Below, piece by piece: positions 1-8,646 of a DNA stretch of 64,000 nt. A program made the position numbers and the translations under genes. Source of the stretch: a virus (taxonomy: Duplodnaviria > Heunggongvirae > Uroviricota > Caudoviricetes); IMG/VR virus record IMGVR_UViG_3300035703_000003. One strand, written 5' to 3'. The notes under the pieces were generated by a model. That model was not told where the DNA came from, made no database searches, and saw nothing but the letters and a program-made list of their open reading frames with translations. The first letter of the stretch is position 1; each line of letters starts with the position of its first letter.

Positions 1-334
1 CAGTGTCGTTAATGTCGTCTACAATTAGGATCTTTTTTCTAATGTTAGGATCCCATCTACTTTTAAATGTTTCTTGGTCATCGACTAAACCAAATGCATC
101 ATCTGCCATCCAGCAGTTAGTTTCGCATTCTTCACCTGCAACACCATCTCGTAGTTTTACTTTTAGTGTTTCCATTCTGCAGTTAAGTTTGTGACTCAAC
201 AATATTGCCAATGGCAAACCGCCACGGGTAATACCTACAATGTAATCTGGCCGCCAGTTGTCTCTATACATTTGAAAAATAATAGAATTTGCTGCACGGT
301 CAACATCATCCCATGTGTAATATTTCTTTTTCAT
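1..334 (-). CDS. Purine phosphoribosyltransferase (Gpt-like), runs off the window edge
   Basis: Not in the ORF track. ATG at 334 gives MKKKYYTWDDV...YIVGITRGGLP...KKILIVDDINDT, which includes the PRPP-binding motif. Confidence 0.85.
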   Translation of the reverse strand, partial: MKKKYYTWDDVDRAANSIIFQMYRDNWRPDYIVGITRGGLPLAILLSHKLNCRMETLKVKLRDGVAGEECETNCWMADDAFGLVDDQETFKSRWDPNIRKKILIVDDINDT

Positions 335-708
335 TATTTGCCTTTATATGTTTCTTTCATTTTAGCAACAAGTTTAGCACTGTCAATTAAGTTTTTATAT
401 TCTGTGTATGCATCGAGAACTTCAGGATGCTCTTTCATAAACTTGTCTTCTTCTGCTTCTGCTAGCATCTTTTCATGTGCCCACTGTATAATTTCTGTCA
501 AACGATAGCTTGTGTCGATGTTAGTAGTTTGAATGTTGTCTACCTTTATCCAACAATTCCCATTCCATACAGCTATGTGGTCATTATTATACCATAGCTG
601 CCCGACTTGTGCAGTAGAGGGCATTTCTACTCCGCCGTTAATATGAATTTGGTTATCAAATTGCTGTATGAGAATATGTGGACTAAGACTAACTATTTTA
701 GAGTTCAT
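334..708 (-). CDS. Hypothetical protein with 'HPEVLDAY' C-terminal motif
   Basis: Translationally coupled ORF; its C-terminus resembles those of the two neighbouring genes. Confidence 0.7.
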   Translation of the reverse strand: MNSKIVSLSPHILIQQFDNQIHINGGVEMPSTAQVGQLWYNNDHIAVWNGNCWIKVDNIQTTNIDTSYRLTEIIQWAHEKMLAEAEEDKFMKEHPEVLDAYTEYKNLIDSAKLVAKMKETYKGK

Positions 709-1184
709 TGTTTATCGGATCCGTATAGTTTTTCTGCAATCATACGTTCACGATACAGTTCCATGTGTTTAAGATAAGATTCTTTTAGCTCTGGGTACTT
801 TTCTTCAAGCTCAATGTTACGTGTAACAAGAAGCAGTGTTGCTTGGATGTCTTCTAACGTTTGCTGGTATTTTGTTAGTGGATCGAGTGCCTTACGTTCT
901 TCGTCAGACGGCTTAACATAACCCTTAGAATTATCAGGGTAATAACTGTTTGCCGGAACAACACCGGCATCAATCCAATTGGCTCGGGCTTTGTCCATAC
1001 CTTCATGATTTATGTGTATATGAGGTCTGTTGTCACTGAACTTGCGTTCGCCACAGTCGCATTTGTAAAAACGCATCTGCCAATAAACTGTTTTTTTAGT
1101 ATCGGTATAGGTTGTGTGATACTCGTCGTTACAAGCAACAAGTTCCCAATCGTGTTCGTGTCGAGGTTTAAAAAGATTAAACAT
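705..1184 (-). CDS. Hypothetical protein with 'LEEKYPELKESY' C-terminal motif
   Basis: Start reassigned to MFNLFKP (1184), which overlaps the upstream stop. Confidence 0.7.
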   Translation of the reverse strand: MFNLFKPRHEHDWELVACNDEYHTTYTDTKKTVYWQMRFYKCDCGERKFSDNRPHIHINHEGMDKARANWIDAGVVPANSYYPDNSKGYVKPSDEERKALDPLTKYQQTLEDIQATLLLVTRNIELEEKYPELKESYLKHMELYRERMIAEKLYGSDKQ

Positions 1185-1656
1185 TGTCTTTGCCTGTGCT
1201 ATAGAGTTTTTCAGCGATACCAAGCCCACGCTTGATTTCCATGTAGTTGTCGTATGCTTCTTTAAGTTCTGGATACTTTTCTTCTAATTTTTTATCACGG
1301 GTAACAATTAGCAATGTTGCTTTGATTTCATCAAGTTCGTTAATAATATCACGACCATTAACTTCTAGTGCTGTCTTTACTTCGACTTTATTAGTATTAC
1401 CGTTGATATTTAAAATACTGCTACTAGCAGGATTAACGATAGCAGAACTAGAAACTACAGATGACCACTGTTTTTGATAAGTTTTTTGACTTAATTTTTT
1501 ATTCGATGCTGTGAGTGCTTTTTTGTAAATGTCATCAATTTTAGATTGACTTAAATTTGGAATTTTATATTCATACGTATATTCTGGATTAATGTATTTG
1601 TCTGTGTAATCTTCGGGTTCCACTGCAGTATCCTTTTTCTTAAACCATCCAAACAT
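1177..1656 (-). CDS. Hypothetical protein with 'LEEKYPELKEAY' C-terminal motif
   Basis: ORF with AGGA RBS directly behind a sigma70-like promoter. Confidence 0.75.
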   Translation of the reverse strand: MFGWFKKKDTAVEPEDYTDKYINPEYTYEYKIPNLSQSKIDDIYKKALTASNKKLSQKTYQKQWSSVVSSSAIVNPASSSILNINGNTNKVEVKTALEVNGRDIINELDEIKATLLIVTRDKKLEEKYPELKEAYDNYMEIKRGLGIAEKLYSTGKDNV

Positions 1657-1682
1657 GTCTGATCCTATAGTTTGATATACTT

Positions 1683-1710
1683 ACTATAACAAAAACGTGT
1701 AACAAGTCAA
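1683..1710 (-). promoter_or_regulatory. Sigma70-like promoter
   Basis: Minus strand TTGACT-N16-TATAGT. Confidence 0.6.
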
Positions 1711-1711
1711 T

Positions 1712-1736
1712 AAAAAAGCGCCAGTTAAGGCGCTTT
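1712..1736 (-). terminator. Intrinsic terminator
   Basis: AAAGCGCC/GGCGCTTT stem running into a U-tract on the minus strand, downstream of the operon. Confidence 0.75.
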
Positions 1737-1754
1737 GTTATTATGTGTATTAAC

Positions 1755-2051
1755 TTAGTTACCTTGCAACGCTTGCTCAACAACAATGTTTTTAACAGCA
1801 TCTCCGAGGTCTTCGCTATCACTTATTACATATAGCGATGTTCTTGAATTATCAGTTTTGCGATCATATTTGTGATACTGAACAACTCGTCCGCCACGTG
1901 CAGGAAAGACACGTAAAGTGTAACAATCTGCGTCGATATCTTCCATCGAAGAACCCTTACGACCACCTACCGATTGAACAAGAACACCTCCTCGCTCTTC
2001 GTCTCTGGCGTCGTTGACCCATTTAACTATAAGTTTCTTTAAAAATTTCAT
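1755..2051 (-). CDS. Conserved-type phage hypothetical protein
   Basis: ATGA overlap with the folE stop. Confidence 0.7.
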   Translation of the reverse strand: MKFLKKLIVKWVNDARDEERGGVLVQSVGGRKGSSMEDIDADCYTLRVFPARGGRVVQYHKYDRKTDNSRTSLYVISDSEDLGDAVKNIVVEQALQGN

Positions 2052-2731
2052 TTTGTAAATTCCTGTTGTAGCTTGATATTATCCATAAATTCTTTTTTGG
2101 TGCCCATATCGTCTTTGAATGCCCCTTTAAGCACTGTAGTTTGTGTCAATGAGCTATGTGCCATAATGCCCCTATTCTCACAACATCCATGCGTCGCCTG
2201 TATATAAACACCTACATCTTTACTGCCGGTTGCTTTGCTAATCTCACGAGCAATATCCATTGCAAGTTCTTCTTGTAGTGTGCCACGTCGAGCGCACCAC
2301 TGTGCAATACGTGTATACTTGCTTAGACCAATTAGTGTATCTGCAGCAATAATACCAATATATGCAACACCTTTAACTGGCTGGTGATGATGCGAACACA
2401 TGCTAATGATTTCACTACGAACTACTAACATGCCAGTATATGGTTCGTCTGTGTGATTAGGAAATGCTGTAGCATTTGGCATTGGATAGTAGCGACCAGA
2501 CATAAGTTCTTTAACATACATCTTAGCTAGTCTGCGTCCTGTTTCCATACTGTTAGGATCGTTTTTACGATCAATAACAAGACTGTCGAGGACATCTTCG
2601 AACTTATCAGTTAGTTCGTCAATTAGTTCATCTAGTTCACCCTCTTTGACGAACTTGCTGATATTGTCACCTGCCCAATATCTGCTGCCAGCTTCTTCAA
2701 TACGCTGTTTAATTTTTTTACTTGTTTTCAT
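2048..2731 (-). CDS. folE: GTP cyclohydrolase I
   Basis: Motifs SMCSHHHQP, GLSKYTR, LQEEL and ATHGCCENRG. Confidence 0.95.
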   Translation of the reverse strand: MKTSKKIKQRIEEAGSRYWAGDNISKFVKEGELDELIDELTDKFEDVLDSLVIDRKNDPNSMETGRRLAKMYVKELMSGRYYPMPNATAFPNHTDEPYTGMLVVRSEIISMCSHHHQPVKGVAYIGIIAADTLIGLSKYTRIAQWCARRGTLQEELAMDIAREISKATGSKDVGVYIQATHGCCENRGIMAHSSLTQTTVLKGAFKDDMGTKKEFMDNIKLQQEFTK

Positions 2732-2765
2732 TTTCTGCTCCTAGTTATAGACGGCGAGACGTCTT

Positions 2766-3860
2766 TTACATATTATCTTTAATAGTATCGTATAATTTAG
2801 CACCACTAAAGAAATTTGTCGATAGTTTTTCGACATTTGTATTTAGGTAATTGTGGTAGTTTTTATGCTTTTCCACATACTTCTTTAGTTGGTCTGCTAC
2901 CTTGTGCTTGTTTGCTTGATAGCTATCCCAATTTTCAGTCCACTCACTAGGATACTTAAACACATCGTCATACATTTCACTGTATGACAAACGATCGGGC
3001 ACCATTGGAATTGCATCGACTAGCATACCTTCATATGCACTAATGCCAAGTGTTTCTTGCAAGTTAGCACTAAACACAACCTTTGCTTCGCCTAGTAGAT
3101 TATGATATTCAATTTTTGTTAGATCACGTTCCTGACAAACAATGAATTCATACTCGGGCAGTAGTGTTGCAAGATCCTTAAAGATGTCTAGTTGCTTTTC
3201 AGGAGCAAGCCTGTGAGGAAATAGAACGATATCCTTCTTTTCCATGTTCTTATACGGAGTAAGTGTTGCTTCCATATATTCCATTGGCCAGCCTACGACT
3301 TTGACATTGTCTTGCTGTAGGAACCATTCAACTGGGGTCATACCAAACATGCTTTTAAATTGCAGCAAGTTTTCTGCAAAGATTTTAGCATGGAATTCTG
3401 TAGCAAAGAAGTTGTCATCATATGTAAAGAACATACTTTTCTCTGCATGACGAACCCAAGGTTTATCGCCAACAAGACGTCCTAGGAAATCTGCGGGATC
3501 ATAAGAGCCGGCATGCCATAGACCGCCAATCTTAATCTTTACTCCTAGCAGTTCTGCCATGTAACGTAGTTGAATAACGGTAGGGTTCCAAGCATCTGTG
3601 TAAAGGAAGTAGTCTCCGTCCTTTACTGTGCCTTTGCAAAACATTTCACCGATCTGCATAAGCTGATTTGATTTGTAAACGTTAGTGCCACCAAAGTTAA
3701 GGAAAGCCCCAGGCGTTGTAGCCTGAGGCGTTTCCCCACCGGAGATTACCACAACATCAGTGTCGGGTAAATGGTTCTTTAGTTGCACCGGTAGATGCGA
3801 CTTCCACTGTTTAGTGTAACGTGTATCTACTGCTTCGATGTCAACGATAAAGATTGTCAT
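2766..3860 (-). CDS. GT-B glycosyltransferase (family 4-like)
   Basis: FPHRLAPEKQ and ETLGISAYEG (ExxGxxxxE) motifs. Confidence 0.75.
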   Translation of the reverse strand: MTIFIVDIEAVDTRYTKQWKSHLPVQLKNHLPDTDVVVISGGETPQATTPGAFLNFGGTNVYKSNQLMQIGEMFCKGTVKDGDYFLYTDAWNPTVIQLRYMAELLGVKIKIGGLWHAGSYDPADFLGRLVGDKPWVRHAEKSMFFTYDDNFFATEFHAKIFAENLLQFKSMFGMTPVEWFLQQDNVKVVGWPMEYMEATLTPYKNMEKKDIVLFPHRLAPEKQLDIFKDLATLLPEYEFIVCQERDLTKIEYHNLLGEAKVVFSANLQETLGISAYEGMLVDAIPMVPDRLSYSEMYDDVFKYPSEWTENWDSYQANKHKVADQLKKYVEKHKNYHNYLNTNVEKLSTNFFSGAKLYDTIKDNM

Positions 3861-4168
3861 ACTGCTTTATTCACCCATGGTGCTTGAAACACACCGACGT
3901 GAATTTTTAGCTTTTTAGCACTGCGGTCTGCAGCCATTTTAACTGCGACATCATATGTAATTGCAGTGTCACGGATAGTGCTAAGAATAGTGTAGTCTTG
4001 AATTTTATCTTCGATTTGCAAATCCTTTAGATAAGCACTAAACAGATTGCGAATTTTGCTTTCGCTAGTAGGCTTCTGATCAAGAATACCATCATATGGT
4101 TCGATGATCTTAATAAGATCATACTTGATGTCGTTAATGCTTACACGGGTTTGGTCGAATTTATTCAT
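3857..4168 (-). CDS. Hypothetical protein
   Basis: Coupled ORF; start probably MNKFDQ (4168). Confidence 0.65.
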   Translation of the reverse strand: MNKFDQTRVSINDIKYDLIKIIEPYDGILDQKPTSESKIRNLFSAYLKDLQIEDKIQDYTILSTIRDTAITYDVAVKMAADRSAKKLKIHVGVFQAPWVNKAV

Positions 4169-4538
4169 AGCTGCACGATGCTCCATTTTCATTGTCTTCA
4201 CTTACTTTGATGTTGAGTTTACGGTTAGGATATTTAGAGTTGATAATTTCTGCGAGTTCATCACAAATCATTTCGCAGGACTTGTAATCGAGTTGCAAAG
4301 TTCCGTTTGCATAGAGACTTTCCAGCCATCTCTTGAATTGGATAAATTCAATGTCTCGATCGTTGTGGAACACTTCAATTTCAATTTTGAAGTGGAAAAT
4401 ATGACGATGTGGATAGCCTAAAAAGCTAACGTCATATTCGTCACCAGTAGCCAGACCAGGATCTGTTAGTGCTGCTGGATATTTGTGGATACCTTCTTTC
4501 TGAAAGGTAACCCAAATGCTGTTTGCAGTTTTGTTCAT
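4161..4538 (-). CDS. queD: 6-carboxytetrahydropterin synthase / PTPS-like T-fold protein
   Basis: HRHIFHF Zn-ligand motif, SCEM and VSEDNENG; lies next to folE. Confidence 0.7.
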   Translation of the reverse strand: MNKTANSIWVTFQKEGIHKYPAALTDPGLATGDEYDVSFLGYPHRHIFHFKIEIEVFHNDRDIEFIQFKRWLESLYANGTLQLDYKSCEMICDELAEIINSKYPNRKLNIKVSEDNENGASCSYE

Positions 4539-4539
4539 A

Positions 4540-4716
4540 TTACTCGTCGTCGTCGGATTCTGTAACTACAGAAAGTTTCTTTTCTAGGCGCTGCATAGTT
4601 TGTAGCAGTTCCCACATTTTCCAGTCCATTGCTTTTGCAAGTTCTAGAATTGTTTTGTTGAAGTCTTCTGGCACGTGCTCTTCGACTTCATCAATTACTC
4701 GAATCTTTTTAACCAT
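4540..4716 (-). CDS. Small hypothetical protein (58 aa)
   Basis: Below the ORF-track cutoff. MVKKIRVIDE...DWKMWELL, GGAG RBS, fills the operon gap. Confidence 0.7.
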   Translation of the reverse strand: MVKKIRVIDEVEEHVPEDFNKTILELAKAMDWKMWELLQTMQRLEKKLSVVTESDDDE

Positions 4717-4891
4717 TGTGTTCTCCGGTGATGTTTTGTTCGATTTTCGTTAGTTCTTGTTTAACTTGTAGTTTCTGTTTTTTCAACACAGTAATTTCAT
4801 TGTCTGTATTGTTATGTTTATACAACTCGTTAATACGATTGTCAAGTTCTTTATGTTTAGTTTGTAGGCTTTTTATTCGATCTTGGAGCAT
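4709..4891 (-). CDS. YdcH/DUF465-like coiled-coil protein
   Basis: HKELDNRI...LKKQKLQVKQEL pattern. Confidence 0.7.
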   Translation of the reverse strand: MLQDRIKSLQTKHKELDNRINELYKHNNTDNEITVLKKQKLQVKQELTKIEQNITGEHNG

Positions 4892-5312
4892 TTTCTACCC
4901 TTTCTCTCAAATCAGATGTGCTAAATCTGTGGTCACGCTTGTTAAAATACAAGTCGATGCCACGCTTGTTACAAATGTCCTTGCCAGTAAAATCTTTGTC
5001 TTTGTATTCTTCTCCTAGAATTCGGATATCGATTTCATACATATTTAGAATGTCTTTGAGATCTTGTTCTGTTTGATACGGAATAATTTCGTCAACATAC
5101 TTTACAGCCGCAAGTTGTGCATAACGTTCAACTAGTGTTTGTACAGGCTTATTTTTAGTATCTGCCCTGTCTAGAGTAGGGTCTGTTTGAATGCCAGCGA
5201 TAAGATAATCGCAGTGGTTTTTAGCTTCACGCAACATTGCCACATGACCTGCATGAAGCAAATCAAATGTGCTAAATGTAATACCAACTATTCTTTGACT
5301 TCTTTTTTTCAT
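4857..5312 (-). CDS. Glycerol-3-phosphate cytidylyltransferase-like (TagD family)
   Basis: FDLLHAGH (HxGH), VKYVDEII and RDHRFSTS motifs. Confidence 0.85.
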   Translation of the reverse strand: MKKRSQRIVGITFSTFDLLHAGHVAMLREAKNHCDYLIAGIQTDPTLDRADTKNKPVQTLVERYAQLAAVKYVDEIIPYQTEQDLKDILNMYEIDIRILGEEYKDKDFTGKDICNKRGIDLYFNKRDHRFSTSDLRERVENAPRSNKKPTN

Positions 5313-6436
5313 ATAGTTACAACCTCTAACGGAGGAAACCCATTAAATGCAACCGAACTGTATGTTGTTGTATATGCTCCGCAGTTCAACACAATAAATC
5401 TGTCACCTGATGCCAAGTCAGTTGGCAGCTCTACTTTGTTTTTCTCGTAAAGCACATCGGCACTATCACATGTAGGGCCAGCTAAAATACATGGTGCAGT
5501 ATCGTTAGCATCAGTATCTGGAGTTAAAAACTGATACTTAATAGCTTCTTGTTCTGTTTCTGCAAGTCCGTGAAACTTACCAATATTCAGATATACCCAA
5601 CGAACTGGATCATCATCATGCTTACGACTTACAAGCAATACTTCTGCAGCAATTGCACCGGCATTTCCTACTAGTCCACGCCCTGGTTCTGCCATAATGT
5701 ATTCTACATCACCGAATCGTTCTTTAACTGCATCGATGATGCTAGATCCATACTCTTCTGGCTCGGTAATGTCAACACCGTAGTATGCAGGAAAGCCACC
5801 ACCAATGTTTAACAGTGTAAGGTTAAATCCTTCTTCCTTTGCATTATTCCAAATGCCACTTACAAAATCCAAGATGTCATACCACATATGGGGATGTCTA
5901 GTTTGACTACCTACGTGAAAGCTAACACCGACTGGCTCTAGTCCTGCTTCTTTTGCAGTATGCATTAGTGGAATAACCATACTGCTACTACAACCGAATT
6001 TGCGACTTAGTGGCCATTCTGCTTCTGTGCTGCGAATAAGAATACGAATGAATACTTTACTGCCAGGTGCATATTTTGCAACTTTTTGTATTTCTTCTTC
6101 AGCATCGACTGAGAATAGTGTAATGCCTTTTTCGTGTGCAGAAACAACATCTTGCCAGCGTTTTACAGTATTGCCAAAACTAATGTGTTCAGGTTTTGCA
6201 CCTGCTTTCAAACACATATCAATTTCACCAATACTAGCTGCATCGAATCTACAGCCTAGTTTGACTAGTTTTTTTAAAATTTTAGGATGCGGGTTTGCTT
6301 TAACTGCATAATGAATATGAGCTTCTGGCATACCTGCTTTAAGCCGAACATAGTTTTCTTCTACTTGATCTACATCTAATACAAGTGTAGGACGTTCGAA
6401 TTCTTTTTTGTTAATGTGTTTAATGATCTTATTCAA
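5309..6436 (-). CDS. Ornithine/lysine decarboxylase (fold-type III PLP enzyme)
   Basis: YAVKANP, SRKFG, FHVGSQ, IGGGF, EPGR and GPTCDSAD motifs. Confidence 0.93.
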   Translation of the reverse strand: MNKIIKHINKKEFERPTLVLDVDQVEENYVRLKAGMPEAHIHYAVKANPHPKILKKLVKLGCRFDAASIGEIDMCLKAGAKPEHISFGNTVKRWQDVVSAHEKGITLFSVDAEEEIQKVAKYAPGSKVFIRILIRSTEAEWPLSRKFGCSSSMVIPLMHTAKEAGLEPVGVSFHVGSQTRHPHMWYDILDFVSGIWNNAKEEGFNLTLLNIGGGFPAYYGVDITEPEEYGSSIIDAVKERFGDVEYIMAEPGRGLVGNAGAIAAEVLLVSRKHDDDPVRWVYLNIGKFHGLAETEQEAIKYQFLTPDTDANDTAPCILAGPTCDSADVLYEKNKVELPTDLASGDRFIVLNCGAYTTTYSSVAFNGFPPLEVVTI

Positions 6437-6941
6437 TTACAGTGTCTCCTACGTAATCATCCCAATCAGTATAAACTTTGCGTTGTTGTAGTTGATGCAA
6501 GCTATGACACCACACACCTTGGTTACTGTGACCCCATGTAGTATCGTCTAGTTTAAGTGTAGCATTATAATTGAAATGCCTAATGTATGGCAACTTAACA
6601 CTAATCATACTGATAAAGGTGTTATACTCGTCGTATCCGGATTCTAGCACACCTTCTGCATATTTAACATCAAAGTCTAAGGTGCACCAATAACCTTCTT
6701 TTAGTAGAGGTTTAATCATATCTTCCCATGCCAAATATGCGCCAGGATGTTCGGGATTAAAACTTTGGCTTGTGCCAAAATATAGATGTTTAATATTATG
6801 TGCATCAGCCCGTTGCTTGATTTCTTCCCACGGTTCGATGCCAACTACGAACAATGTTTTTTGATTATACATTGCAGTGTGTTCAACTTCTGTGCCGATA
6901 AAATACACTACGTCTTGACGTTCTTCTGTGTTTAATCCCAT
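6429..6941 (-). CDS. Hypothetical protein in the modification cluster
   Basis: Overlapping, coupled ORF. Confidence 0.75.
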   Translation of the reverse strand: MGLNTEERQDVVYFIGTEVEHTAMYNQKTLFVVGIEPWEEIKQRADAHNIKHLYFGTSQSFNPEHPGAYLAWEDMIKPLLKEGYWCTLDFDVKYAEGVLESGYDEYNTFISMISVKLPYIRHFNYNATLKLDDTTWGHSNQGVWCHSLHQLQQRKVYTDWDDYVGDTVIE

Positions 6942-7846
6942 TTGATATAACCTCTATTATAGCCTGCCAGACGATTCACTGCATCAGCAAAGGCTTGTTT
7001 CCATTCTGTGTTTCTATTATAGCCACAAGTCCACGTATTGTCTACATTTAATTTACCAGACTCGATGTGTGTTACTGCTAGTTTCATCGACGGTAAGAAC
7101 TTCTCGCTTCTCGGACTAGGGAAACACATAGTAACATTTTTCCAAAGCCAATTACCAAACGTAGTTGTATAAGCAGATAGTTTTTCTGCAGCCATAATAA
7201 TCAATGCGTTTTCGGCAACATTTGCTTGTTGTAGTGTGTTATGTTCACTTAGGTCAATGATAACATCATATTCACAATCTGCAGGCTTGTGTAGCAACAA
7301 ATGCCAATACTTGATGTTACTGCTACCTACAACATCTATATCAAAGTGTAAATCTAAGTTTGATAGTGTTTGATGAACTACTTTAGCTAGAAAGCCTGTG
7401 CCAATAATGCATAGCCGTCCGCCATCACGTTTTTTAAATTCGTCTAAACTGTTTAAAATAATATTAACACCACATGCAACTGGTTCGATAATGTATTTAG
7501 GATCTAATTCTGGAACAGTTACATATGTTCCTTTCCTTGCAACATAATAGTCTGCATACGCAGGTTCACCACGTGTAGCTACATACTCGCCTGTTGCAAC
7601 ATTAATACCCAGACCTTCGTGACCATGCATACTTGCAGGTAACAGTTGAAAGTCACCTTGCATCATTGCAATGTCACTACGACACACACCTGTCATTGCT
7701 GCTTTGACAAGTATATCGCCGTCGTTTATTTCTGGTATAACATATGTGCTTTCGTAAAAAGCACCATTACCATCCGTTACTAATGCTCGGACAGTGCTTC
7801 CAACTGTTGGTGAATCCATAAATCCATATCCTTTTGTTGTTGCCAA
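6932..7846 (-). CDS. Zn-dependent (MDR family) alcohol/sugar dehydrogenase
   Basis: GVCRSD, GHEG, EPVAC and a GTGFLA Rossmann motif; start uncertain. Confidence 0.8.
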   Translation of the reverse strand: MATTKGYGFMDSPTVGSTVRALVTDGNGAFYESTYVIPEINDGDILVKAAMTGVCRSDIAMMQGDFQLLPASMHGHEGLGINVATGEYVATRGEPAYADYYVARKGTYVTVPELDPKYIIEPVACGVNIILNSLDEFKKRDGGRLCIIGTGFLAKVVHQTLSNLDLHFDIDVVGSSNIKYWHLLLHKPADCEYDVIIDLSEHNTLQQANVAENALIIMAAEKLSAYTTTFGNWLWKNVTMCFPSPRSEKFLPSMKLAVTHIESGKLNVDNTWTCGYNRNTEWKQAFADAVNRLAGYNRGYIKWD

Positions 7847-8643
7847 AACTCTTCGTTATTTTCGTTATCAAGTGCAGTTTGAATCATAGATTGATATGCT
7901 TCTTCTGGACATAGACCTAGTTCAAATGTTTTGTCATCTACGTGTATTGCGATATCATCGCCATTCATACTGCGCCAGTCTGCAACACAATTGTATTTTT
8001 CATTATATTGCAACATGCAGTAGTCGTCAACGTTATAAATTCCTTTTGGATCTACTTCGCCATAACCGCTATCGGCAACACTATCTAGGGTCCATCTTTG
8101 CTCTAGTTTACGATCAGTAACAGTGCTATCTTTCCAATCAGGATTTAGCATTTGATATAAACTTAGCATGTGTGGCATCAAGTCTCTGCTTACTCCACCA
8201 AATGCAGAATGTTTTGCAGTAAACCAACTACCTGGCTTTGGTATTCTATTATTGTTAATCCAATGAAAATTAATAACAGATGCATCGGTAGCTGCATCTT
8301 GCATTTCTTTGATGTTGCTACGATATTGATTGTTTTTAGTCATCATAATCCTAGTTTTAGAATTATCCTTTAGCAAATCTTCCCAATGGGACGATGTTGC
8401 TACACCAGGTTTTTCTACAAACACAAACTTAGATACTTTTGCTGCCTTGTCTGACAATACGTAATGTGAATAGTTTGGGGTGCAAATATGAACAGTATCG
8501 TATCTATCTTTGACGTCGTCAAAAGTTTTATAGTTTGCTTCTTTGTTGAATGGGTCAAGATATTCAATACCCCAACCCATATTTTTGTATATATTTCCGT
8601 ATAGAACTTTACCAAAGCCCATACCTACAATAAGTGTTTTCAT
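7780..8643 (-). CDS. Gfo/Idh/MocA family oxidoreductase
   Basis: IVGMGFG, ICTPNYSH, VEKP and GGVSRDLMPH motifs. Confidence 0.85.
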   Translation of the reverse strand: MKTLIVGMGFGKVLYGNIYKNMGWGIEYLDPFNKEANYKTFDDVKDRYDTVHICTPNYSHYVLSDKAAKVSKFVFVEKPGVATSSHWEDLLKDNSKTRIMMTKNNQYRSNIKEMQDAATDASVINFHWINNNRIPKPGSWFTAKHSAFGGVSRDLMPHMLSLYQMLNPDWKDSTVTDRKLEQRWTLDSVADSGYGEVDPKGIYNVDDYCMLQYNEKYNCVADWRSMNGDDIAIHVDDKTFELGLCPEEAYQSMIQTALDNENNEEFWQQQKDMDLWIHQQLEALSEH

Positions 8644-8646
8644 TTC

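Noticed and set aside
2732-2768. Canonical preQ1-I or THF-II riboswitch
   Set aside because: It is too short and lacks the expected loop and A-tract; kept only as a weak non-canonical candidate.
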